DNA from: Octopus sinensis
Lineage: Eukaryota
Assembly: GCF_006345805.1 (NCBI RefSeq)
Contig: NC_042997.1
Coordinates: 187,550,001 to 187,614,000 of the forward strand
DNA length: 64,000 nucleotides
Direction: 5' to 3'
Shown piece by piece: positions 10,211-23,600 of the stretch; position 1 is the stretch's first letter, and each line of letters starts with the position of its first letter. Below the pieces are notes generated by a model. It was not told the DNA's origin and made no database searches. It saw nothing but the letters and a program-made list of their open reading frames with translations. The position numbers and the translations under genes are program-made.

Positions 10211-12657
10211 AATAATCATTTTATGTCCAGTTTTCTATGCCAGCTGGAGTTTAATAGGCTGTCTTAGTTCAAGTTATCTTGCACATATAACAGTCAACTG
10301 GTCAGCTTTGGTATTGTGTCTTATGGTGTGACCTGGGTGTTTCACAGTACCACTGGCACTTGAGAAGTTGTCCTATGTCAAGAGGATTATAGAGTCTCCT
10401 CTACCCTATATCAGTGCTTATGCAAAGTTGCTGCCCTCCTTGACAGGTAGCCACATCTTGCTCATGCATCCCATTTTGGTACGTCCTCTACACCTGAAGG
10501 CCCTTCCTGTCATTAACCTCTTAATACAGACTATGCCGGGTGAAATGCATAGCCGTCTTTCGCCTGCCGTTACGTTCTGAGTTCAAATTCCGCCAAGGTC
10601 GACTTTGCCTTTCACCTTTCGGGGTCAATAAATTAAGTACCAGTTATGCACTGGGGTCGATGTAATTGACTTGATCCGTTTGTCTGTCCTTGTTTGTCCC
10701 CTCTGTGTTTAGCCCCCTCATGGGTAGTAAAGAAATATATTTGGTGCAGTTTGTGGTGCCACTAGCTCTTGAGAGCTTATTCTATGTGAGGACTAAAATG
10801 TTCTCCCTTTTCTTTATCAGAAGTTATCTAGATTTAGAGTACTAGTGGTACTGTGAAACACTCAGTTCACACCATAAGACACAATACCAAAGCTGACTGG
10901 TTGACTGTTGTATGTGCAAGATGACTTGAATCAAGACAGCCTATTGAACTCCTGCTGGCATGCTATCTTAGAGGGGTGACCATCCAAAGATTGGGAACAC
11001 GAGACTTAGAGTAATGGCAATGAAGTTTTTTGGGGTTATAATAAATGAAGTAAAATTCTTATGCCTTGAGTACTCTTTTTACTCCTTTTTTGTACAGTTC
11101 TGTGTTCTGTAACACAGTAAACATAGATAGATTTAATTGTAAGGATAATTTAAAAGAATATCTTAGCATTAATATCATAGGTTTATGACTGTGATGTCTT
11201 TATTTTTGTTTGGTGAATTTCACTTTATGTTAAAGAGTTTACCTGACAAGAAAATCCAGGCAATTCTGGGTTCTAAATTTTAAGCTATCATTGCTATTGA
11301 ACTTAAAACAATACATTCAGCATACTACTATGCAGCAACAGTATTCATGGACAAAATTTTGCTGATTTATCTTTTTTTTATTCTGAATATTCACCTGCTT
11401 TTCTGAATAAATTCTTAATATTCAAAAGCAGGTGATTGTCCACTACTCTATCCTCTTATTTCACTCATGCTTTCATTGGTGTATCTAAATATCAAGTAGC
11501 CGTGTATTAGTTCTAAACAGTTTGCAGTTAATATTTTAGTGAAGAAATTTATCTCAAAGATATTGTATTTTTGCAGATAATATTTTGATATTTTAATGAC
11601 AGAGCTTTCAAAATATGTTTTTATCTACTGAGTGTAGTGTTCCAAAATTGAATTAATTTTATCATTGTTGTATGGATTCAAATGACTTGAAGTTCCTCAA
11701 TCATTTGCTGACATTTAATGAACTACTCAAGTCTGTAATTAAATTGTTATTTAAGTGAAATATTAAGAATTCAGACTTAATTTGAAAGCATTTGCTTTAA
11801 TTTGAGCGACTCTCAATAGTTTAAACAGAAAACTCAGCTGCTTCTATTTTGTTTTCCTACCCCTTCCAACTTTATTGCATTGCACCAAATGTTGTCATGT
11901 TGCAGTTGAAATGAAGTGCTGACTCATTCAAATGCATTTCCTTGGATTATGTAAGAGTAAAATATCAGAGTTTCAAATGGTGGTTAATGTTTGTATGCTT
12001 TTATTATTGCTGTTTGAAACATTACCCTCATCAGTGTCTGTAATATCACACAGCATGTCTCAGATTTAACATGCTGTGACTGAACCAATGAACACTTCAT
12101 TGTTTTCATGGTGTTACATTGATGGAAGAAAACATTTTAAAGGCCAGGAAATGCAAACATAAATAATACAGTTAGTTACAACTCATTGGGGATGTAAAAT
12201 GTAATGTGCAATTTTGTTGACCTTTTTCAAAACATACTGCATGAACGACCTGATAAATTGGTTGCTATGAGAAACAAATTAATGATTTTAAAAATAAAAT
12301 ATAATGGAATTGAAATTTATTATTTTTATAAGCTTTCTGTGTCTGTTCAGTAGTAAAGTACTCAAAAAATGTACTTCATAATTGAACAAAGACTAATTAC
12401 ATTTTAAGTTCTCTTTGTCAAGAATAACAGCATGTCTTTGAGACATGCTTAATGACTGTTTAAAAAATAGTCTTTCATATAATTATTTTAGTCGCCAAGC
12501 ATATATTTTATTACTTTAAATTTGAGAAATTAATATATATCAAATAGTAATGTTAATAATAAATATTAACTAGTTACAATATCAAAGTAAAGCTATAAAA
12601 TATGCATTTTCTAACACATACGCTCTCTTTCGCTCACTCATGTTTTAAGGCCATGTG

Positions 12658-12706
<49 letters not shown>

Positions 12707-14649
12707 AACAAATGGAAAATGGAATGAACAACATTATTTAAAATTATTACTACAATTGTTTCGACACAGTTTAACATTCATATTACATTGGTGAGATGTT
12801 ATGTAACCATTATCATCCTTCCAAAGTGTAAAATGCAATCCTCTAGTGATTGTTTAAATGAGACTTTCGTTAGATCTTGCTGACATTTCACTTAGTGTGA
12901 GAACGCATACCCAAAGCTGTGTGTTATTTTCAGCAGTTTACAGACAAAACCAAACTCATAGATATACTGACAGACAAAATACAATTATAATCAAAATGCA
13001 AAATAAAGAAATAGGCAAAAAACGGTGGGGTAAGGCTGGCTATAAATTACAATTCTACCTTCATGGTCAGATTATAAGAAAGAAAATGCAAAACAGAATC
13101 AAGAATGAATTTCAGCTCTGAAAAACTAAAATGATGAAGACTGACCGTTCCTGTGCTTATCAACTGTTTCTTTGTTTAAACAAAAACCTGAGGAGGTGAA
13201 TTTTACACCTTGAATGGATGATAATGGTTACACATCTTACCAATCTATTACAAGTGTAAAAATGTGTAGTAACAATTGTATTGATTTTGAATGTAGAATA
13301 TTGTTCATTCCATTTTCTGTCATTTATCTATTTATATAAACTTTATGGTATTACTGATGTATATCCAGTATCAAGAGTATTTCCACTGTATGATGATGTC
13401 AGATAGCCAATAACTGTGGACAAGCTTTACATAACATACTACAAGATTTTTACCCAAATTGTATTTAGCTTATATGCATATATGTATAGATACATTTACA
13501 AAAAAAACAAAACTCATCCATAGATATGTACATGAAAGTGTGTGTATGTATGTATGTGTGTGTGTATGTACATATGTATATATATATATTCATATAAATA
13601 TTAAAAAAATAAATAAATGCACTCTTTTAAACCCTAGCCAGGCTCATGGGCCCGGTTTCCCGGTTTCTATGGCATATGTGTTCCCCAGCTGGACAGGACG
13701 CCAGTCCATCGCAGCGTTACTCATTTTTGCCAGCTGAGTGGACTGGAGCAACGTGAAATGAAGTGTTTTGCTTAAAAACACAACACATCGCCTGGTCCAG
13801 GAATTGAAACCACAATCTTACGATCATGATGCTGACACCCTAACCACTAAGTCACGCACTTCCACTCATATAAATATAAACAAAAATAATTGAAAAAATT
13901 ATGGTAGACTAAGGAAAACAAAAATAAATTTGACCAAATATATTACAACTGTATAATTCTGTTAGTTATTGTTACGTTCTAGAGAAATGATGATTGCACA
14001 GAGTTTCCTTACCTTTAGGTAAAAGCCACATTTTCTCCCTTTCAGATAAAAACATTTTATTTACTATAATTCACTTATCATTTTTTTTTTTTTTTTCATC
14101 ATCATTATCCTTATTTTAACATTTTCTGTATGGCAATTACAAATCGAAAAATCATAAAGATGAATATTTTAAAGTCATATAATGTGTAAAAGTAGAATTT
14201 AATCAATAAATATCAATTCTACATCACTAACATCTATAAATAGTAATAGTCATCTTTAGTGGGACTTTCTAAAGAATTTAAAAGAATTTTCCAAAAAGAA
14301 CCTCACATTCATCTTTCCCCTTCTGTTTCATTTTTTTTTTCTCTCATACATGTTGTCAATTGCATAGATCATCTGTTGCCTGTCAATCTGTCACTGTCTA
14401 CATATCTGCCTGTTGTTGTTGTTCATTCATAGATGTATGTATGTGTGTGTGTGTGTGTGTGTGTATGGTCTACAAATACATATATATATACATGTGTATG
14501 TGTGTATATATATATTATATATATATGTGTGTGTGTGTGTGTGAGTGTGTACATATACATATATGTGTGTGTATGTGTATATATTTTTATATATATGTGT
14601 ATATATATATATATATATTTGTGTATATATATATGTGCATATATATATA

Positions 14650-14693
<44 letters not shown>

Positions 14694-15278
14694 GTATGTG
14701 TGTATATATATGTATTTATATATATGTATGTGTGTATATATATGTATTTATATATATGTATGTGTGTATATATATATATGTATTTATATATATGTATGTG
14801 TGTATATATATGTATTTATATATATGTATGTGTGTATATATATGTATTTATATATATGTATATGCATGTATATATATGTATGGATTTATGTATATCTCTA
14901 TGCATGTATGTATGTATATATATGTATGGGCATATATATATGTCTGTGTGTATATGTATATATGCATGTGTATACATATATATATGTAATGTGTATATAT
15001 ACATATATATATATACATGTGTATATATGTATGTGTATATGTATATATACATGTGTACATGAATATATATGTATACTTCTGTGTGTGTGTATATATATAT
15101 ATATGCATATATATATATATATATATTTATTTATACATGTATTTATATGTATACATGTATAAATGTATACATGTATTTATATTTATACATGTATTTATAT
15201 GTATAAATGTATACATGTATTTATATGTATACATGTATTTGTATGTATACATGTATGTATATGTATACATGCATTTAT

Positions 15279-15310
<32 letters not shown>

Positions 15311-15477
15311 ACATTTATGTATGTGTATATATATATAAATGTATATATATATATGTGTATATATATATATATAAATGTATATATATATATGTATGTATGT
15401 ATATATATATATATATATATATATACATTTATGTATGTGTGTGTGTGTATATAATATATATATACATTTATGTATGT

Positions 15478-15543
<66 letters not shown>

Positions 15544-17638
15544 TAACATTTTGGGTGTGTAGTCTGTTTGCTCATTTTTGTGTTAGACTCATCTTAGCAT
15601 TCCATTCATTATTGTATATGTCTGCTTGTTCCTCAGTATTATATGTCTGTAACACTGTGTTAGAAGAAATGTTTGTTGTCAAATTCAATTTCATTTGTTA
15701 TCAGTTTGCTCATCCATGCATTATTTTGTTCCTTTCCACCCCTCAGCTAAGATATCTAGTTATGAGTATTTTGCCATTTCTCCTCTTTCTATTGTCACAT
15801 TCTGATGTTATTTTGTTGACATGTTGTTATCATATAGATTACCCAGTGTAAATTGTGAATTTTAAAATATACATTTTAAAATGTATTTTATAATTTATAC
15901 ATCGAGTTTTCATATATTTTCTCTCTTCAACATTAGTTTCTCATTTTTCTTCATATTTCTTTAAAAGGGCAATTTTTTCCCCCATTAGCTTTGTTGTATC
16001 TACATCATGCTTGTTTTAAACTATTCATATTCTACCTCTAAATCTTTGAGAATTAGAAGTTCTAGAATATATGTAGCATTATCTAAGTAAGTTTTCATTA
16101 AGTTAAAGATATGGTTTGGTAATTCTGAAATTCTGAAATAATCTTCTTGAGTTAAAGGTGACAGAATTTAATTTATGTCTGAATTTCTGAGATAAAGATT
16201 TATCCTTATTGTATACTGATGTATTTAGGCTGTTATCTCCATACTGGTTGTTTAGTTATAATGGCTGAAATGATGCTGCATTGACCACAATGACGACACT
16301 AGTCTGAATATGTCAGTGTATAAGATGATAGATTTAAGTGGGTTTTTTTTATATTTGATTTATTATTTTCTTATATACACACACACACTTTACTTCAAGG
16401 ACACAATGGAGACACGTGTCCACACATATGGAGATGCACATCCATACATACAAACATGGTACATAGTTGCAAAACACACACATACTTGCATACACAAGGA
16501 GACAGAAGTGCATACATATACAAACGCATGCTCACACATACATAAAACAATACACAAACACAGACATGCAAGCATATGAATAAGCAGAATACATATATAC
16601 AGATGCACACACATACATAATATATACATATGCATACACACACACATATATACATACACATACTTGCATACATACATACATACATGCATGCATAGGCACA
16701 CACACACGTGCACAAACAAAGGTTGCAAGATGCAACAAAAATTTTAGGAAAATATAAATAAGGAATAAGTGGAAATTTTACCGGTGAGTGTGTTAAATTA
16801 TAAGGCACAAAATGAAAATGATTCTCCCCAGACACAACAGAATATGCTTCAACACACGAACTCACATACAGAATCTTGCAAACCAAATCCAAAACAAAAT
16901 ATCATCTTAAAACTAATGTTTTGTTGAGCTAATTGTTAGAACATTCAGTATTCAGCTTTAAACTATATCTGATTTCGCTAATTAGCTTAAATTGAATAAA
17001 ACGTACTAAAATTCACTATCAATAACAAATATTGTGTTGATCTGTTTTCTTTTTAACAGTTGGTTTAATCTGATATAATTGTTATCATCTGGTCCCTTCA
17101 TTTCTATAGTAATTATTAAAATCGTTATAACATTGTATTAAGGTTTTAGAAGATATTCTATTCATGTTCTGTTTATTTTGGAACATGTTCTTTGATTTTA
17201 TTCGTACAGAACTTTCATGCTTAGAGAAAACTTTAAGGTTATTAAGTCTTTCGCACTTATTAGCTATTGGTTGACAGTGAAACCATGTGATACCTGCTTA
17301 ACTTTGAATAGCATAGAAATGGTTCTATTGAAAAAGAAAAAGATGATGCTGAGCAATTGAAAATGGGTGCTCAAGATTTGTTATAGAAGTAAAGTAGAGG
17401 TTGTATGGTGAAATGTTAAAATTGCAGTTCATCCTTTGAACTATTATATTTATAAGGTGTCAGTAAATAAATATTAACACAAAATAATGCTAATTACTAA
17501 CATCTAGAATCACTGCAGCAATCTATATTAATCTGGTTGAAATTTAAGTTCAAATCCAGATGAATATATGCATAATGTCAGTAGCAATGATATCTATCTA
17601 AAATCATCATTTTACAAGTTTTCCTATGATTACCTTTG

Positions 17639-17688
<50 letters not shown>

Positions 17689-20600
17689 GTACAAAAACAA
17701 ACAAGAACAAAAAGAAAAACAAACATGCCAAAAACTAAAAACCCAGAATAACAACACATACATTCAACTTGGTATACTAAAGAAACAAGCATTTCAACAA
17801 AAATACCCTTGGTCCCAGGGGTAGGCCCAATGCGATCACAGAAGTGAATGGATGCCAAGATTAGATGCCTTTTCCTTCCATGCTATTCATAGTGCCCATG
17901 ATGGTGGGTTCCTCTCCCCACCACCGCCACCAAATCCTTGGCACTATGGAGAGGCTTGCTGGTCCTCACTCTCCCAACAACACCCCAAATGCAGCAGTCC
18001 AAGGGGTTCAAATCAAGAGAATTAGAGAGTCACAAGCACACAGTGTTTTTGTAGGGGAGGGGTGAATTTTACTGGACATGAGCTATTCTCTTCTTTTTGC
18101 TTATACCTTTTTATTTATACCTTGAAGTCTTTGTGCATATCACATATCAAGTAGTGGACTCCACCACTTGGAAATTTTGGTGGTGGCTTCCATCAATACA
18201 TTGAGGGTGTCATTGTTGATATCTTGGATCTGCTGGATAAACTCTGCTGTTCTCATGATATAACGATCACTGTGAATCTTTCTTTCTCTTAATCACAAAT
18301 AACATGTCACTGCCAGTGGACCCCTGCTCTTGTCCTGAACATGCATAACCCAGCCATGTTCATGAAGCTGACCATCACCAAGTCACTGTGGCTGGCAGCA
18401 TGCCTTTCCATTTCCTGTGTCATATTGGAATCTGCCATGTTGATACTGGCAACAATGAGAAATTAAAACTAGATACGTTGCAGATAAGATTGTTAGTCAT
18501 TTTCCATTTATGGCCTGCTAAAGTTTGTTCACAATTACCCAATGCACCTTGTATGTGTGTGTGTATTTAAAAGCACATACACTTGCACAGTATATCTTAC
18601 ATAAGTTATAATATCATGCTTGCAAGAAGCAGAAATTCTAATCTCCATCTCTTCATGAAAACTGCAATGAAAATTGACAGTTATAGACTAAATGTAGTCT
18701 GTTAAGTATATAAAGATTATCATCATTGCATAGAATAGATTTAGGTAAACTGTTGTATTGAAATAGTTTCTGAATTTGAAATATCTTATACTTGGTTACA
18801 GTCTAGTTTCCATTTTAGCAAAATTGATTTTTGATATTTTTATGATTCACTTGGAAGTAGCAGCGAAAAACTTGTCTTTTAGATATTGATTTGCACCAAC
18901 ATTTATTCAAATGGCTAAGAACAAAATGTTTTGGGACCAACATAAAGATTAGTATTTGGTTTAAACAGCTTCAGATTTCAAATCTTTATCTTACCTAGAC
19001 ATATTCCTAATGTTAAACATCAGTGAAAATGGAATTAATACTTTATGAATAATTGTGCTGATATCATTGAATTATTATTATTATCATTGTTTCATTGAGA
19101 TATTTTGTCGGTATATTAACAGTTGAAGAGACTAAGATACTTCCAAGAACAGCTTGTATACTATCGACTTTTTACAATACCATCTTCAAATCTTGCAAAA
19201 TAATTGGTACTTCTATCAAATATATTCTTGAAATCAGTAGGCAAATAAATACTCATCATCTTTCATATGGTTTTCTCATTTTACTCATTATTTCTAAAGA
19301 TAACCCTCAAATTTTCACCAGTTTATTGAATTGTAAAGTTAACCAAAGCCCAAATTCATATTTATATACCAGATAATGCTTTCTTTAAAATTTATAATTG
19401 AATGAAAAAAAGAACATATAATTGGAATAATAATTTATTCACTTCTAACTGAACAGTTGCCAAAAGCAAAACAAAAATCTCTGTAAAATAAAACTATAAA
19501 GTTATGGAAATTAAAAGTAATAGATTCCCACCAAGTAAAGAAAACCACTCTTTTGAACATTAACTTTACGTAACAAATACCATAATATATGTATCAATTA
19601 TCATCTACTCATCTATGTTTCTAACATGTGAGAAGTTTTTTGGTGGTGAGAGATCTTCATATTAGCTTTAAACTTGTTGTATTTTAATTACACTTTAAAA
19701 TACACCTGAGTTTAAAAGATCTGCCAAATTTCTGCTATAAAATCATCATTTCTTCCAAATATAATACAATGGTATTTTTTCAAACATGGTATGATAACAT
19801 TAAGAAATTCTACTTCATATTTGTTTCTGATGCTAATTAACCAACATTTCCTTGTTAAATATAGAAAAGCTTATATATTGAATCTTAATTGATCTAAATG
19901 GGGCAGGGAAGAAAAGAAAATTTTTGATCTCTGTTATTTGGTTTAAAAAAAAAGTGGGACTTTCAGTAGAAATTACATTGTTTGGTATTTTGTTAAAAGG
20001 TTTGTTTTGATCATTTCTATTGAATTGTGATATTGCTGGTTTCAAATAGATCTTGCAATCATCATTCAGTAATAAATGCTGGATAATTTGTTACTTCTAA
20101 ATGTGTATGAGTGTGTGTATCTGTATCTGTGATGAGACTTTGGTCTCTTCTTTTCTTCAACTTTGATACTGAGTAGATTGTTGATTGCAAGTTGTATTGA
20201 AACCAGTTATATCTCAATCCTGGCAAACAGAATACTTTTCTGTTTATTTTATTACAAAAACTTCTCTTTTAAAAAAAATGGCAGATTTTTTATTTTTTGC
20301 TTCATTTTGTGAATTTTTTTTTTACATAAAATGTATTAAAAAATATTTTTTAGTATTAAAAAAAAGCTGTAAAATATACATTGTCATTGACTTCATTTGA
20401 AACTTCTCATTAGGTAATAATTTTCCTTATTACTCTTATATATATTAAAAAAAAAAGGTAATTTTCTCCAGAATTATCATACAGTTTTTATTAATATTAT
20501 AATCAATAGAGTAATAATAGGTCAGTATAAACATCTGTCTTTTTCTTCTTTAATTTTCAATCTTCGTAAATAACTTTTATACTTAGAATAAAAAAATCCC

Positions 20601-23600
20601 TTGTTCTTTTTGCATTCAAAGAATTTATACATTATTATCTTTTTTGCTTAAATCTCCCCAGCCAAATAATTATGAATATTTTCTGAATAAATTATCCTTT
20701 TGGCGAACTAACTTTACATTTTCAATTGTCACTCTCTTCAGTTTTTATCCTTTTTCTTCCATTTTTAAATCTTTACCTTAGTGAGGTGTTTTAAAACTCT
20801 AATTCTTGCTGACAACTCTCTCTCCTTTTTTCTCTTATTCATCAACAATGGCTTTATTTGCCACACAGCTTCAGTTTGGGATGTCTATATATCTTATTTT
20901 TATCTCTTCATTTTTATCTTTATTTCAATCGAAGTTGGTATCTGTTGCTCTATGTTCTTTTGTCTCTTATCCTTAGGCATGCACTTCATTCTCCCTGCGT
21001 GATGATGCCTAAGATTTGCTTTATTTTACAAATTTATAGGCATAATATTGTTGTCTTTTTAATCAATCTTATCACTTTAAACTGGAAATTTTTTAATCAA
21101 AGATAGAGTATCTATAGTGGTAGACATGGTGTTGATAACGTTAAAACCTATACTTTTAGTGTTAACAAAATACTTTCAACTCTTAGCGTATTTATCTGTG
21201 AGAAGGTACAGTGCTAAACCTTTTCTCCAATCGTTATTGTGACAGGAGTAAATCTCAGTTTTCTATAAAGTTCAAATTGAAAATTACTTCTTTCAGTTTG
21301 ATAGTTATCTCTGAGTTATAAAGTGAGTTTATCTTATTTCAAACTTAATAACTTCATACATTAATATCCAGCAATTACTTTCTTTTTTTTTTAAATTCAT
21401 GATAAGTTGAAAATATATATATAACAATCTTAAAGCATTTTAACTATTCTTACCAACATATCGAGAACCCTATTATTTTTTTTTTCTCACTTGTTTTCAA
21501 TTATAGTATTTGATTCACCTATCATCTTTAGACTCCTCTTATCTAAACTCTAATTACAGTACTATCAAACTGATCAGATTGCATATATCCTAAGTTTTGT
21601 TTTTATTTATATATACTTCTTTACATCACAGCTTCTCTCCCTTAAAAGCTACTAACAGCTTACATCAAAGTTTGATTGGAAATTTAAACATTTCTCTCCC
21701 ATCACTTACACACTTTCAACTTTTCTTATTTTCATCTGACGTAAATGTCATTAAAATACAGCCTTCATGATATCAATTATATTTTAGTTTGATTTTTATC
21801 TGATAAAACTTGAAGTATTTTTATTTGAAGACAATAATAATAATAATAATAATAATAGGCTTAAAACTTCAAAACTCAGCAAAATGTAGAACTTTAAAAA
21901 TAAAATTACTATAATTTCTCCAAAGCTAATTGAAGAAACAATAATGATAATGAAAGGCTTGCTTTTGGTAGGGAATTAGCCTCCATTACCCACCATTACT
22001 ATTTTGTCGTACCAGACCTATAATTCTCTCTAATCAACAATGCCTGAATGACCCACTTCCATCACCTCCCTGCTGTCCACCCTTCCACACTGCTCTCTTG
22101 TTGTCTTAATCTGCCAGTACACTAGAGATCTATGGTCAGAATCCATTCCATCTCCTCGTATTCCAATCTTGCTGCCAAAAATGCTGGCCACCTAGCAATA
22201 TTATTTCTTATTGCCTGCTATGTATTTTTTTTCTATAAAATGAAATTCTTCCACAGCTGTTGGAGATTATTTTTGCTTGTTTTATTCTTTAATTTCTTTT
22301 AGTTTAGTTTTGAATTTAACATTTTTTTTATTGTTCTTTACTGCATTTTTCAATTTTTTTCTTGCTTTATTCACTAAAAAATGCGCTTCTACTGACCTCT
22401 GTCCTATCAATTTTGCTTCATTTTATACAGATCCTTGCATCATCCATTTTTTTGTTATTAATAAATATTTTGTCTTAATGAAATAGGATTGAATAATATT
22501 TAGAACTTGAAAACTGTGTGAAAAATATCCATACTTTTTCTCACCATGATAACTGATGTATAGTAGTTTGAACCAGGAAATTCTTTTCTGTTATCAAATA
22601 AGCTATCATTAGATGAAGAGATTTTTAGACTTCTACTCCTAATATGCTTCTTTGCCTTCTGTTAAAAGTTTAACAAGATTAGAATCCATTTCAAAAGTTA
22701 GATTTAACCATGACTGCACTTTAAGAACTTCTATACCATTTTTTTTTCTTTTTTAAAGGGAAAGACATTTCTAGGTTTCTCTTGTGATATAAGTATATAA
22801 TAGCTAAATTATTTTCCCCTGTTATCAGCATCAGCATCCCTAAATTTGTTAGCAACAAAGGTCTTGTTATTATTCTATCTTGAACTACCAAAAGTATAGC
22901 AGTATTTTCCAGTGCCTATCAAACGATTTAGTATTTGAATTCATTATCATGCTAATCACAATTAATCATAAAACATCCTTAATCCAGTTACATACATAAT
23001 TCATTTAAGTTTTTTTTTTTTTAACAAGTTTCAACATTTTTTTGTCATATTTAAACTATAATTTCTGCAACTACATTAGCATAACTCTCCTAGTTGACAC
23101 TGACAAAATATTTCAAGAGTAACAATCTACAAACTGTGTATTGTCTTTTATCTACATTTTCACTAAATCTAATGGAGAAACACTTGCTTTTCTCAACTAT
23201 CCTAGGATTTCACTCAAATGCTTTATCACCAGCTCCTATCTACCACTATATACACTCAGTTATACATCCTTCCTTGTCTGTTTACTTCTGGACTAAGCCC
23301 TTGCATAATATTATCATTCATAGTCAGTATTATTAACATTTTTTTTTTATTACTTTAAATTTTCCTCTAATTAAACTCATCAAACTGCTGGTATGGCATG
23401 ACATTTCATCAAATTGCATGACTGTTTTTTTTATTGTGCTTTTTTTGTAATGAATGTTTTCTGATTTTTCTAAATATTTTTGATTTTCATTTTTGATGTT
23501 ATTACATGTTTTTATTTTTGCTATGGCTTGCTTATATATATATGTGTGTGTGCGTATGTGTGTGTGCATTTGCATATATATATATATATTTATATTTTTA

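Noticed and set aside
14360-15851. Many long Y/I/M/C/V- or H/T-rich ORFs (also 16310-16892, 41859-42161, 59385-59681)
   Set aside because: Translations of TA/TG/CA microsatellites; open in several frames on both strands.
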